Source of the DNA: a bacterium
GTDB taxonomy: Bacteria; SAR324; XYD2-FULL-50-16; G965216635
DNA length: 64,000 bases
Reading direction: 5' to 3'
NCBI GenBank assembly: GCA_965216635.1
Contig: OZ244188.1
Coordinates: 2,112,001 to 2,176,000 of the forward strand
The translations under genes were made by a program, and so were the position numbers. Position 1 is the first letter of the stretch; each line of letters opens with the position of its first letter. Positions 28,750-39,195 of this stretch are shown here, one piece after another. The notes beneath the pieces are model-generated. The model was not told the origin of the DNA. It searched no databases and saw nothing but the letters and a program-made list of their open reading frames with translations.

Positions 28750-30129
28750 TCAATAGATAGCCTTTCTTTTAACAAACTTACCAGCCCCCGTCTCCACATT
28801 GAGTTTTCCTTCTTCAAAAACTACTTTTCCTCCAACCAAAACAAAAGCAGGAGCACCTTTAGTTTTGAATCCTTCAAAAATATTGGTATCTACTTTTTGG
28901 TGATGGGTTTTTGCGGAAATAACTCCTTCTATATCTGGATCCCAGATTACCAAATCTGCATCCGATCCTTGTATGACAGCACCTTTTTGAGGATATAAAC
29001 CATAAATCTGAGCGGCTCGGGTAGAAGTTAAAGCTACAAACTGGTTAAGACTAATTTTATTTTCCAAAACACCGTAAGTATAAAGGAGTTTCAATCTCTC
29101 TTCTATACCTGCTGCTCCATTAGGAATTTTTCTAAAATCTCCTCTTCCCAATTCTTTTTGTCCTTTTAAATTAAACGGACAGTGATCCGTGCCCACTACT
29201 TCTAAATTTCCTGATTTTACTCCGTCCCAAAGAGCTTCAGCGTGTCCTTTAGGACGAATAGGGGGGCTCATAACATAGGCTGCCGATTCAAAATTTTCTT
29301 TTTCATAAACAGAACCATCCAAAAGTAAATATTGGGGACAGGTTTCTCCAAAAACCTGTAAACCTCTAGCTCTAGCTCGGGTGATTTCAGAAGCTGCTTC
29401 TTGGCAGGTAACATGCACAATATAAACGGGACAACCTGTAGCTTCTGCAAAAGTGATTACCGTATGTGTCCCATAGCCTTCTACATAGGAAGGTCTAGAA
29501 AGAGCATGGTATTTTGGATCTACCTTTCCTTCTGCAAAAAGTTTGTCTTGCAAGTAGGCTACAAGTTCTGCGTTTTCGCAGTGGGTGTTGACTAAAGCTC
29601 CTAGTTCTTTGGCTTTTTTCATTGCTCCTAAAAGCTCGGCATCGCTAACCCCGATAGCCCCTTTATAGGCTAGGAACAGTTTAAAAGAAGGAATGCCTTC
29701 GTTTTGGACGCAAGCCTCCATTTCGCGAGCCACAGAATCGTCAAACCAAGTAACTGCCATATGGTAAGAATAATCCGCCACTGCATTTTTTGCTTTATTG
29801 TGCCACCCTTGTAAGGCTTCCAATAAAGATTGCCCACGGCCTGGAATAACAAAATCTATAACAAAAGTGGTGCCTCCAGCAATGGCAGCTGTTGTTCCGC
29901 TTTCAAAATTATCAGCAGACACCTCTCCCATAAAAGGCATATCCAAATGGACATGAGGGTCAATGCCTCCCGGAAAAATATATTTGCCTTGAGCGTCAAT
30001 GGTTCTATCCGCAGTTTCGTTGATTTTTTCTTCAATGGATACAATTTTGCCATCAGAGAGCAAAATATCGGCTTGATAGGTTTTAGAATCTGTTACTATC
30101 TCGCCATTTTGAATGAGAGTTTGAGTCAT
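28750..30129 (-). CDS. hydA: Dihydropyrimidinase
   Basis: PGGIDPHVHLDMPF, HCEN, VHVT and GTDHCPF. Confidence 0.93.
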   Translation of the reverse strand: MTQTLIQNGEIVTDSKTYQADILLSDGKIVSIEEKINETADRTIDAQGKYIFPGGIDPHVHLDMPFMGEVSADNFESGTTAAIAGGTTFVIDFVIPGRGQSLLEALQGWHNKAKNAVADYSYHMAVTWFDDSVAREMEACVQNEGIPSFKLFLAYKGAIGVSDAELLGAMKKAKELGALVNTHCENAELVAYLQDKLFAEGKVDPKYHALSRPSYVEGYGTHTVITFAEATGCPVYIVHVTCQEAASEITRARARGLQVFGETCPQYLLLDGSVYEKENFESAAYVMSPPIRPKGHAEALWDGVKSGNLEVVGTDHCPFNLKGQKELGRGDFRKIPNGAAGIEERLKLLYTYGVLENKISLNQFVALTSTRAAQIYGLYPQKGAVIQGSDADLVIWDPDIEGVISAKTHHQKVDTNIFEGFKTKGAPAFVLVGGKVVFEEGKLNVETGAGKFVKRKAIY

Positions 30130-30143
30130 TTTTATTTTTCGTT

Positions 30144-31010
30144 CTAAATTTCTAGCATTTTACCATAGGTTTCCGGTCTTCTATCCCTAAAAAATTGCCA
30201 TACAGAGCGAACCTCGTCTATCACCTCCAAATCCAATTCACTAATTAGCAGCTCGTCTTTATCTTCGGAGGCAATATCTATAATTTCTCCACGAGGATTG
30301 ACATGGTAACTGCTACCATAAAATTTGCCAATGTTCCAAGGTGCTTCTGTTCCTACTCTATTAATACAACCCATAAAATACCCATTCGCTACTGCATGGG
30401 CTGGTTGTTCTAATTTCCAAAGATACTGCGAAAGCCCAGCTACTGTGGCAGAAGGGTTATAGACAATTTCTGCTCCGTTCAAGCCCAACATACGAGCCCC
30501 TTCTGGAAAATGCCTATCATAACAAATATAGACGCCAATTTTTGCATAACGAGTTTGGAAAACAGGATAAGAAGCATCCCCCGGTTTAAAGAAAAATTTC
30601 TCCCAAAAACCACTTGTATGGGGAATATGTTTTTTACGGTATTTTCCGAGATAAGAGCCATCGGAATCAAAAACAGCAGCTGTATTGTAAAAAATTCCAG
30701 CGTCTACCTTTTCATAGACTGGAACTATCATCACCATTTTGTATTTCTTGGCGTATTCTGCCATAGCCAGAGTCGTAGGTCCTGGTACTGGCTCTGCTGC
30801 CTCGTACCAACGTATATCTTGTGAAGGACAAAAATAGGGTCCGTTAAAAATTTCTTGGAGACAAAGGATATTGACTCCTTTTTTGCCAGCCTCTTCTATT
30901 AGAGGAATATGATGAGCGAAAGCAGCCTTTTGAATTTCTTTTACAGATTTACTTTCATCGTTTATTGGGTTGTGGGCTTGGATTAGCCCGCTAATAATTT
31001 TTCTTGACAT
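30144..31010 (-). CDS. Beta-ureidopropionase (nitrilase superfamily)
   Basis: CLQE, YRKKHIP, ICYDRHFPE (E-K-C triad); located in the pyrimidine catabolic cluster. Confidence 0.88.
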   Translation of the reverse strand: MSRKIISGLIQAHNPINDESKSVKEIQKAAFAHHIPLIEEAGKKGVNILCLQEIFNGPYFCPSQDIRWYEAAEPVPGPTTLAMAEYAKKYKMVMIVPVYEKVDAGIFYNTAAVFDSDGSYLGKYRKKHIPHTSGFWEKFFFKPGDASYPVFQTRYAKIGVYICYDRHFPEGARMLGLNGAEIVYNPSATVAGLSQYLWKLEQPAHAVANGYFMGCINRVGTEAPWNIGKFYGSSYHVNPRGEIIDIASEDKDELLISELDLEVIDEVRSVWQFFRDRRPETYGKMLEI

Positions 31011-31034
31011 AGTAACTTCTTTGTTAGTGATTAT

Positions 31035-31175
31035 TATAGACTTTTGAATTTGCCAAATAGGACAAAACTAGCTGTTTAGCCAAAACAAGCTTATTGCTTT
31101 TACGCTATACAGGCTATAGTAAAAGAGCCTCTGGTATAACCATTTGGCTCTTTTACACTCTACTTTTGCTATGTA
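31035..31175. repeat. Palindromic repeat element with hairpin module
   Basis: TATAGACTTTTGAATTTGCCAAATAGG...; stem GTAAAAGAGCC/GGCTCTTTTAC at 31119-31156. Confidence 0.75.
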
Positions 31176-31258
31176 TTTAGTTTTTGATAGCCCTCCCTGC
31201 CTGGTTTTCGCATCGCACTAGTTAGATATCCTCCTAATGCAATGCTCTCAAAAACTTT

Positions 31259-32245
31259 TTAAAGTTTATTCCAAATTTGGTGAGTCCAAGCTCCTTTGGG
31301 TTTTTTGGTAATCACAGGAGCAGAATCTCCACCAAGTAGAACTTTCACTGTTCTATTATAGTCTTTTTTATCCAAATAACCAATTCCTTTTTTGGAACCC
31401 TGAACCAAACGGGCAATTTCTTTTGCCATATGAGTCTGATGATCTTTCGTTTGTGCACCAGTATCGTCATTATCTAGCACTATCTTTACAGCTTCTTTTT
31501 GGTTTTTAATAGCATAATCCCAACCTTTAATAGAAGCTCTTACAAACCTAGTGAGTTTGTCCACAAACTTTTTATCTTTCAGACTTTTTTCCAAAACATA
31601 AATACCATCCTCCAAAGTAGCTACTTTTTTATCTTCGTATTTAAAAACAACTAGCTCGCTTGGTTTAAGACCTGCTTGTAAAACCTGCCAGTATTCGTTG
31701 TAAGTCATAGTAGATATACAATCAGCTTGTTTTTGGATGAGAGGGTCTACATTAAAACCCTGTTTTAATACTTTCACACCATTAGAACCTCCTGTAGTAG
31801 GAATTTTTAAGGCAGACATCCAGCTTAAAAAAGGGTATTCGTTACCAAAAAACCAGACTCCTAAAGTCTTACCGCGAAAATCTTGCGGCTCACGAATACC
31901 TGTTTCTTTTCTACAAGTAAGCATTAAACCAGATTTTTTGAAAATCTGAGCTACATTCACCAAAGTAACTCCCTTTTCTCTGGCAGCCAAAGCAGCAGGC
32001 ATCCACTCCAAAATAGCATCGGCACCACCGCCAGCTATTACCTGAGGAGGAGCTATATCAGGACCACCTGGTTTGATAGTGACGTTTAAGTTTTCTGCTT
32101 TATAGTAGCCTTTTTCTTTTGCTACAAAATAACCCATAAACTGAGCTTGAGTAACCCATTTGAGTTGTAAAGTAAATTTATCTCTTGCGACTAAACTGCT
32201 TATAGAAAAAGCAAAAACAAGAAATATAAATATCCATTTTTTCAT
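31259..32245 (-). CDS. ABC transporter substrate-binding protein (NMT1/THI5-like)
   Basis: Signal peptide, LQLKWVTQAQFMGY and STMTYNEY. Confidence 0.9.
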   Translation of the reverse strand: MKKWIFIFLVFAFSISSLVARDKFTLQLKWVTQAQFMGYFVAKEKGYYKAENLNVTIKPGGPDIAPPQVIAGGGADAILEWMPAALAAREKGVTLVNVAQIFKKSGLMLTCRKETGIREPQDFRGKTLGVWFFGNEYPFLSWMSALKIPTTGGSNGVKVLKQGFNVDPLIQKQADCISTMTYNEYWQVLQAGLKPSELVVFKYEDKKVATLEDGIYVLEKSLKDKKFVDKLTRFVRASIKGWDYAIKNQKEAVKIVLDNDDTGAQTKDHQTHMAKEIARLVQGSKKGIGYLDKKDYNRTVKVLLGGDSAPVITKKPKGAWTHQIWNKL

Positions 32246-32502
32246 AAGAATTTTTATAGAATATAGTTAATAATTTAGACCTTTGAATTTGCCAAATTCA
32301 AAGGTTTACAATAAAAAGTAACCTATAACAAATTTTGCAAAAAAAAAGCAACAAATTTTGCAAAAAAAATCCTTTAGCGATTGTTTTTTAAATTTTTTGG
32401 GATTTTTGCGATGTGCGAGAACAAAACACCACAAACCTTGCATGCAGCAAAAAAGGACTGTAAAAGCGGAAGTAGTAGTCCTATTTTTCCGAACTAGAAC
32501 GT

Positions 32503-33288
32503 CTAATTCAACGGTCTCGTTTCTATTTCCTTTTTTTTATTGCTATTGGATTGTTGTATTTCTAACATTTTTACATACTTAGCAAAAGTATGAAATGCAG
32601 TGGTGATGCTGGAGATAAGGCCATCCTTGCCTTTTAGGAAACCTCTTTGAATAATAAATTTTTTTATAAAAGTTGCTAAACTGTGTGTTATAAGAGTAGC
32701 GTAGGTTACTTTTTTTTTTCTTAAAGGCTGTTGATAGTTAGATTCTGCTGTAGAAAAGGCATTGAGTTTAGCTATCCAATCCGAATAATTCTTAAAAGTA
32801 GGATGTATGATATCTGCTTTAATTTTTTTTTTTTTAGAACAACGAACAAATGAGTGAATTTCACGATCATCATAATAGGAATATTTTTTATGATAAAGAC
32901 GAATTTTGTAATCAGGATAAAGTCCTTTTAACCAATGGCTTCCCAAAAAATTTTTTCTTCTCAAAGCGTAGCCTATAGTTGGGTTTTTTAAATCTAAAGA
33001 TTTAATTTGTTTCAGAGCGGACTCGCTCAGCGTCTCATCTGCGTCTATGGATAAAATCCAATCATTACTGGCCAGCTCTGCGGATTTTTTTTTTTGCAGT
33101 CCATCTCCTAAAAAAGATTGAAAATAAATTTTGGCTCCTAATTTTTTTGCTATATTTACTGTTTTGTCTTTGCTATAAGAATCAAGTACAACTACTTCAT
33201 TGCAAAGTTGGGCGACATTTTGAATACAGGTCTGAATTGTATTTTCTTCATTGAATGTAATAATTGTAGCGCTGATAGCTTTTTTCAT
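32503..33288 (-). CDS. Glycosyltransferase family 2 (LPS core, WaaE/KdtX-like)
   Basis: IITFNEE, LDSYSKD, WILSIDADE and YPDYKIRLY. Confidence 0.88.
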   Translation of the reverse strand: MKKAISATIITFNEENTIQTCIQNVAQLCNEVVVLDSYSKDKTVNIAKKLGAKIYFQSFLGDGLQKKKSAELASNDWILSIDADETLSESALKQIKSLDLKNPTIGYALRRKNFLGSHWLKGLYPDYKIRLYHKKYSYYDDREIHSFVRCSKKKKIKADIIHPTFKNYSDWIAKLNAFSTAESNYQQPLRKKKVTYATLITHSLATFIKKFIIQRGFLKGKDGLISSITTAFHTFAKYVKMLEIQQSNSNKKKEIETRPLN

Positions 33289-33397
33289 AAAAAATTCTAG
33301 AGTAGTTTAAATTTTTGAACTTGTATTTTATTTGTTTTTAAACTAAAACAATAATTTATTTAGCAAGTTTTGACAACACGAAGCACTTTATAAAGTT

Positions 33398-33844
33398 ATG
33401 GTAACAAATTTTTTTGATATTATTTTCTTACTCATTTTTGTGTTTTCTACTCTATGGGGGTTTTTTTTAGGTTTTACAGGCTCACTTGTACTTTTTGGAT
33501 TTATCTTTTTAGGAGCTATTCTTGCAAAAGCAGTCCATCTAAATTTGCAATCTTTGATTTTACCTCTTATAGGTAATCCTAATTTGAGTGCAATAATAAG
33601 TTTTTTGATTATTCTTGTTATTTTTATTCTCTTATCCAAGTTGTTACGATTTTTTTTACACGTTTTTTTTTTCAATATAAGCGCGATAAGCAGAGTTTTC
33701 GGGGGATTGATAGGGTTCGTTATAGGAATTGTTTTAAGCTATGTATTCTTTTATGCGACTTCTAATTATATCCCTGCTTTTAAAGATGGTATTGCTCAAT
33801 CTAAAATCGTGAATATTATTTTAAACATCACTCAATTATTTTAA
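33398..33844 (+). CDS. cvpA: CvpA (colicin V production) family membrane protein
   Basis: N-terminal FDII...GF, four hydrophobic segments, SRVFGGLIG and QSK. Confidence 0.75.
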   Translation: MVTNFFDIIFLLIFVFSTLWGFFLGFTGSLVLFGFIFLGAILAKAVHLNLQSLILPLIGNPNLSAIISFLIILVIFILLSKLLRFFLHVFFFNISAISRVFGGLIGFVIGIVLSYVFFYATSNYIPAFKDGIAQSKIVNIILNITQLF

Positions 33845-33866
33845 ACATCACTCAATTATTTTGATT

Positions 33867-34268
33867 ATGAAAAACAAACCTATGAAACCCCACAAGCAAA
33901 AAGGTTTCACACTTATTGAAATATCTATTGTTATTATTATTTTGGCTATTATTACTAGTTTAGTTTTCCCTAGTTATAGGAAATTGGTCGGCAAAGCAAA
34001 GCAAACGGAAGCAAAAACTACTTTACAGGCGATCTATACTGCACAAAAACTCTATTTTGCAGAAAACGACAAATACGCTATTAACTTATCCGATTTAGAT
34101 ATAGAGATTCCCAACGATGCAAGATACAGTTATTCCAATTCTGCTCTTGACAATAGTTTTTCTGTAAAAGCCGAATTTAATCTAGACCAAGACCCTGCTT
34201 TAGATACTTGGAGTATCAACGAGCAAAAAGTTTTAGAAAACACTATCAACGATCTTTATGAGGAATAG
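33867..34268 (+). CDS. Type IV pilin
   Basis: Class III signal KQKG|FTLIE; KAKQTEAKTTLQAIYTAQKLYFAE. Confidence 0.88.
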   Translation: MKNKPMKPHKQKGFTLIEISIVIIILAIITSLVFPSYRKLVGKAKQTEAKTTLQAIYTAQKLYFAENDKYAINLSDLDIEIPNDARYSYSNSALDNSFSVKAEFNLDQDPALDTWSINEQKVLENTINDLYEE

Positions 34269-35394
34269 AATTTACCGTTTTAAGGTAATTCTGCTAGCTG
34301 CCTTTTTTCTTTATTCTTCTCTAATAGCCCCAGCCTTATGGGCGAAAATTTTATACGGGGAAGGCGAAGCCTATATTTTTAAATCACAAGAAAAAAAAGC
34401 AAAAAAACAAGCCTTAGCCAATGCAAAAAGAGATATATTATTGCAAGATTTGAATAGTATTCTGGGAGAGAAAAGAGTGAGAGAAAATTTTTCTTTACTA
34501 CAAAAGGTGATTCTTATCAATACGAATCACTATCTTATAAAGATAAAAGTTCTACAGAGTTCTATAAAAGAAGGGAGTTATTTTTTAAACATACAAGCAG
34601 AGCCAAACAGAAGTAGGATTAAAAGCGCGTTGCTTGAAAATAAAATTATTTTTCCAGAAGAAAAAAAACAGAAATTTTTCTTGCTTTATTTGCCTAAAAA
34701 CCCTGCATCTTATTATATTAACAACCAGAACACAAAAACCCTTTTTGCTACTATCCGCAATCAAGGAACTACTTTTTCTTTAATCTACGATTTCAATCTT
34801 AATGCAAAACTATTAAATTCCGATATCTCCAAGATAAAAAAAAAATTAAAACTACTGGGTTTTGACGGGGTAGCAATTATAGATCTTTACTCTTTGCCTG
34901 TTTTAGAAGAGGGATTTTTTTTTCAACAATACAATATTACAAGTAGCATAGTACTCAATGAACTAAATATAAAAAATATTGATACCAATAAAATTTCTTT
35001 TCCTATCTATACAAATAGTAAAAAAAATTCTGCAGACTACAAAAAAGTTTTAGATTTTTCTATAGAACAACTTGCAGATATTCTGTCTTCTTACATGGAT
35101 GACTATTTAGGAAATTATTACGCTATAGAAAAACCCAAAAGATTTACATTAGAATTTCAGAATTTCTCTCTTTTAGAGTTGCGAAAAATTGAAGAAATAC
35201 TTAAAACTTTACAGGGTTACCAAAAAATTCGCTCCCAAGTATTAGGAAATAAGCACAAAATTTTTTATTTTTCTTCTTTAAATTTTAATAGACTATATAA
35301 TAATTTCACTACTTTAATGACGAAGAATAATATAAAATATAAAATAGACAGTCAATCTTCACTTCAAATTTATTTTTCCAAAAAATACAATTAA
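34258..35394 (+). CDS. Secreted hypothetical protein, possibly with an FlgT-N-like domain
   Basis: Signal peptide, GEGEA...AKKQALANAKR. Confidence 0.55.
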   Translation: MRNRIYRFKVILLAAFFLYSSLIAPALWAKILYGEGEAYIFKSQEKKAKKQALANAKRDILLQDLNSILGEKRVRENFSLLQKVILINTNHYLIKIKVLQSSIKEGSYFLNIQAEPNRSRIKSALLENKIIFPEEKKQKFFLLYLPKNPASYYINNQNTKTLFATIRNQGTTFSLIYDFNLNAKLLNSDISKIKKKLKLLGFDGVAIIDLYSLPVLEEGFFFQQYNITSSIVLNELNIKNIDTNKISFPIYTNSKKNSADYKKVLDFSIEQLADILSSYMDDYLGNYYAIEKPKRFTLEFQNFSLLELRKIEEILKTLQGYQKIRSQVLGNKHKIFYFSSLNFNRLYNNFTTLMTKNNIKYKIDSQSSLQIYFSKKYN

Positions 35395-35406
35395 TCCACT
35401 CAACGT

Positions 35407-36225
35407 ATGACTAAAAAGAATCGTTTAAATAGACTAAAAACTTTTTTAAAAAAGAAGTTTAAAAAAAAGCCTCCTATATCAACAAAAAGCCCCCAACATA
35501 TTACTCATCTAGAAAATTTTTTGAGCCAAAAAACTATTGATGAAGTGTCTGTTCCTCGCGCAAAAATAGATTTTATAAAAGAAAACACGCGACTGAAAAA
35601 TATTTTAAAAATCATCGTCCAAACAGGAAGATCCAGATTTCCAGTAATTAGAAAAGAACGTGAAGTTACAGGTTTTCTTTATGTTAAAGATATTTTTAGC
35701 TGCATCTCCGAACTATCCTCCAAGAAAGTAAAGGATATTATGCGCCCAGTAATGAAAATTTCTTATACAGCTCGCATTCAAGATGTGCTACACGATATGA
35801 AGAAAAATAAAAAACACATGGCTATTATCGTAGACGAATACGGTGATATAGACGGATTGGTGACTTTAGAAGATATTTTAGAAGAGCTAATCGGAGAAAT
35901 TGAAGATGAATTTGATAAAAGTGAGCCTGAATACAAGTTACAAACTGATGGAGCTATTGTTGATTCCACCATGCTTCTTAAAGAATTTAACCAAACTTTT
36001 GGATTTCATTTTGAAGAAGAAGGAGTAGATACTATTGGTGGTTATATTTGTTTTCTTGCAGGAAAAATCCCCATTCAAAATGAAAAATTTGTTTTAGGAA
36101 ATAGAACAGCCATCATCTTAAAAGCTAATAAAAAACAGCTGATGAAAATCAAACTTTTAAATAATACCGCAGAGCCTAAAACTGGAACAAACCTTGAAGA
36201 TACCTTTAAATCAGACATTCTCTGA
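35407..36225 (+). CDS. CBS-domain CorC/HlyC family protein
   Basis: GRSRFPV, AIIVDEYG...TLEDILEELIGEIEDEFD and DTIGG. Confidence 0.9.
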   Translation: MTKKNRLNRLKTFLKKKFKKKPPISTKSPQHITHLENFLSQKTIDEVSVPRAKIDFIKENTRLKNILKIIVQTGRSRFPVIRKEREVTGFLYVKDIFSCISELSSKKVKDIMRPVMKISYTARIQDVLHDMKKNKKHMAIIVDEYGDIDGLVTLEDILEELIGEIEDEFDKSEPEYKLQTDGAIVDSTMLLKEFNQTFGFHFEEEGVDTIGGYICFLAGKIPIQNEKFVLGNRTAIILKANKKQLMKIKLLNNTAEPKTGTNLEDTFKSDIL

Positions 36226-36285
36226 TAATACAGACAAGTTGCCAATGGTTGCCCAACGAGGCGGTAAAAAAATTTTTCTAACAAA

Positions 36286-36486
36286 TATAGAGACCTTTGC
36301 AAAGTTGGTAATACCACCAGCGTTCTGTTTAGCCAAAGCAATCGTTAAAAAAAAAATTATAGACTGTCGTATTTGCATTCTGTTTAGCCGAAGCAATTGT
36401 TGAAAAAAATTTTTAACTTTTTTCTAACCATTTGGCTAGCTCGTCACAGCTGGTTTTGTCCTATTTGGCAAATTCAAAGATCTATA
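36286..36486. repeat. Composite palindromic repeat modules
   Basis: GCGTTCTGTTTAGCC..., CTAACCATTTGGCTAG, GTTTTGTCCTATTTGGCAAATTCAAAGATCTATA. Confidence 0.65.
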
Positions 36487-36515
36487 CTTATAAAATAAAT
36501 AAAAAAAACAATCTT

Positions 36516-39065
36516 ATGAAAAAAGAGCAACACCTAGTTATTGTTGAATCTCCTACAAAAGCAAAGACTCTAGCCAAGTTTTTACCTAAGGAATATAAAA
36601 TTTCTTCTTCTATGGGGCATATAAGAGATTTGCCTAGTTCTTCTAGTGAAATTCCCCAAAAAATAAAAAAAGAAAAGTGGGCTAATTTAGGTATTAACTA
36701 CCTAAAAGGATTTGAACCTTGTTATGTGGTCCCAAAAGATAAAGAAAAAACTCTCAAACAGCTTAAAAGCGATTTAGAAAACAGCACCTCTCTAATACTG
36801 GCTACAGACGACGACAGAGAAGGGGAGAGTATTGGCTGGCATTTACTAGAAGTTTTGCGACCCAAAATTCCAACGCAAAGAATGGTATTTCATCAGATTA
36901 GTAAAACAGCCGTTTTAGACGCTTTAAAGAATTTTAGAAATGTTAACCAAGACCTAGTCTATGCCCAAGAAACAAGAAGAATTTTAGACCGTCTTGTAGG
37001 CTATACTATTTCTCCTCTGCTTTGGAAAAAAATCACAACCAAGCTATCCGCTGGTAGAGTGCAATCAGTAACTATGAATTTAATTGTAGAAAAAGAGTTG
37101 GAGCGTATGAATTTTGTAAGGGCAAAATACTGGAGTCTTTCTGCCCGAATACAAAAAGATAAAATTAAAAAAAATCACGGAGAATTTGAAGTTGTGCTTT
37201 CTGAAGTGAATAATAAGAAATTAGCTACGAGTAAAGATTTTGACTCTAAAACAGGGAAATTGAAAGGCGATTGTTATCTTTTATTAGAAGAAAAAGCTCA
37301 AAAACTCCAAAAAGAGCTTACCCAAAAAGATTGGCTTGTAAAAGATTTGCAGACTAAACAACAACAACAAAATCCATATCCACCGTTTATTACTTCTACA
37401 CTACAGCAAGAAGCATCTAGTAAGTTAAAGCTAGCGGCTAGAGAAACTATGCATGTAGCACAAAAGCTTTATGAAAAAGGCTATATTACTTATATGCGAA
37501 CCGACTCCGTTCAAATATCTAGTGCAAAAATAGATACTATTCGTGAATCTATTTTGAAACTTTGGGGAGAAAAATTTCTTAACCCTGAAATTCGTCTTTA
37601 TAAAAGTAAATCCAAAACCGCACAAGAAGCTCACGAAGCTATTCATCCTGTAGATATTTCTTTAAAACCAGACTCCATAGGAGAAAACAAAGCAGAATCT
37701 AGCCTATATTCTTTGATCTGGAAGCGGACTATGGCATCTCAAATGTCTAATCTGATTAAAGAATTTGTCAATGTAGATATTTCTGTAGCTAATTGCATTT
37801 TCAGAGGTACTGGTAAAAAAATCATTCACGAAGGCTATTTGGCTGCTTACGATTTAGATAAAACTGATGCGCAGCAAACATTGCCTGTTTTAGAAAAAGG
37901 AGAAAAACTAAATTGCAACGAGCTTCAAGTAGACGCTCACGAGACCAATCCACCTGTGAGATATACAGAAGCGGGAATAATCAAATTTTTAGAAAAAGAA
38001 GATATAGGAAGACCCAGCACCTACGCCTCTATAATATCTACAATTATTGCTCGCAATTATGTAAAAAAAATATCAGATGCACTAGTGCCCACCTTTATTG
38101 CTTTTGCAGTAGCTAAATTTCTAAAAGACAATTTTCCTGAATTTATCAATGTAAAATTCACCGCCCATATGGAAGCCGTGTTAGATGAAATTGCAGAAGG
38201 AAAAAAAGATTGGCAAAAATATCTTGAAGGATTTTATAACGGAAAAAAAGGACTACTCGCCATCGCAGAAGCTCACTACAAAGCAGAGACAACAAATGCC
38301 TATAAAAAAATCCAGTTGCCCAAATTGCCCGAAATTAGAATTTCTCGCTACGGTGCTTATATTCAAAAAGAAGATAGCGGGCAAGTGGAAAATGTGAATA
38401 TTCCACAAGATGTTTTGCCTTCCGATTTGAATGCCAGTTATATTGAAGAATTATTTGAACACAAGAAAACAGGTAACGAACTAGGAATAGAACCCAAAAC
38501 AGGATTGCCTATTTTACTTTTATACGGCATGTATGGAAGTTATCTACAATTAGGTATTAGCGATACCCCCCAAAAACCTAAAAGAGTAACCATTCCTAAA
38601 TTTCTACCAATTTCTAAAATCACATTGGACTTAGCCCTTAAACTCATGTCCTTGCCCATCAAACTTGGAGAACACCCAGAAGGAGGCTCGGTAGAAATAA
38701 ATACCGGAAGATATGGTCCCTATGTTTCTAGAATTTTGAAAGATAATAAAAAATTTTTTTCTTCTATTTCTTACGAACAAATAGGAAATTTAAGTTTAGA
38801 AGAAGCTCTTATCGTTTTAAAAACTCCTAAAAAATCAGCTAGAGAAAAGAAACTTTTACGAGATTTAGGAGCACACCCTGTAGATAGAAATGCTATTGGA
38901 ATTTACGAAGGACCTTACGGAAACTATATAAAATACGGCACTATAAATGTTGCTATGCCTAAGGATAAAACAGTAGAAGCTATCTCTTTACAGGAAGCAT
39001 TACAATACATAGAAGAAAAAAATAAGAGTGAGAATAAGAAGCAATTTCGCAAAAGAAAACAATAG
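36516..39065 (+). CDS. topA: DNA topoisomerase I with C-terminal Topo_C repeats
   Basis: LVIVESPTKAK, ATDDDREGE, SAGRVQS, ITYMRTDS and GRYGPY repeats. Start set to ATG 36516 because the upstream extension is repeat DNA. Confidence 0.95.
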   Translation: MKKEQHLVIVESPTKAKTLAKFLPKEYKISSSMGHIRDLPSSSSEIPQKIKKEKWANLGINYLKGFEPCYVVPKDKEKTLKQLKSDLENSTSLILATDDDREGESIGWHLLEVLRPKIPTQRMVFHQISKTAVLDALKNFRNVNQDLVYAQETRRILDRLVGYTISPLLWKKITTKLSAGRVQSVTMNLIVEKELERMNFVRAKYWSLSARIQKDKIKKNHGEFEVVLSEVNNKKLATSKDFDSKTGKLKGDCYLLLEEKAQKLQKELTQKDWLVKDLQTKQQQQNPYPPFITSTLQQEASSKLKLAARETMHVAQKLYEKGYITYMRTDSVQISSAKIDTIRESILKLWGEKFLNPEIRLYKSKSKTAQEAHEAIHPVDISLKPDSIGENKAESSLYSLIWKRTMASQMSNLIKEFVNVDISVANCIFRGTGKKIIHEGYLAAYDLDKTDAQQTLPVLEKGEKLNCNELQVDAHETNPPVRYTEAGIIKFLEKEDIGRPSTYASIISTIIARNYVKKISDALVPTFIAFAVAKFLKDNFPEFINVKFTAHMEAVLDEIAEGKKDWQKYLEGFYNGKKGLLAIAEAHYKAETTNAYKKIQLPKLPEIRISRYGAYIQKEDSGQVENVNIPQDVLPSDLNASYIEELFEHKKTGNELGIEPKTGLPILLLYGMYGSYLQLGISDTPQKPKRVTIPKFLPISKITLDLALKLMSLPIKLGEHPEGGSVEINTGRYGPYVSRILKDNKKFFSSISYEQIGNLSLEEALIVLKTPKKSAREKKLLRDLGAHPVDRNAIGIYEGPYGNYIKYGTINVAMPKDKTVEAISLQEALQYIEEKNKSENKKQFRKRKQ

Positions 39066-39151
39066 ACTTTTATTTTAATTTTTTTTAAAATTTTCAACGC
39101 TGCATAGGCTAAACAGCTGGTTTTGTCCTATTTGGCAAATTCAAAAGTCTA
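39063..39151. repeat. Palindromic repeat element starting at the topA stop codon
   Basis: TAGACTTTT...CAAATTCAAAAGTCTA. Confidence 0.75.
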
Positions 39152-39195
39152 TTATAGTCTATGGGTGAAAGATTAATCTTCAAACTATTAACAGA

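Noticed and set aside
36432..36515. N-terminal extensions of TopA (and Asd 42009-42050) encoded by repeat DNA
   Set aside because: They rely on TTG starts inside the repeat; downstream ATGs give canonical N-termini.
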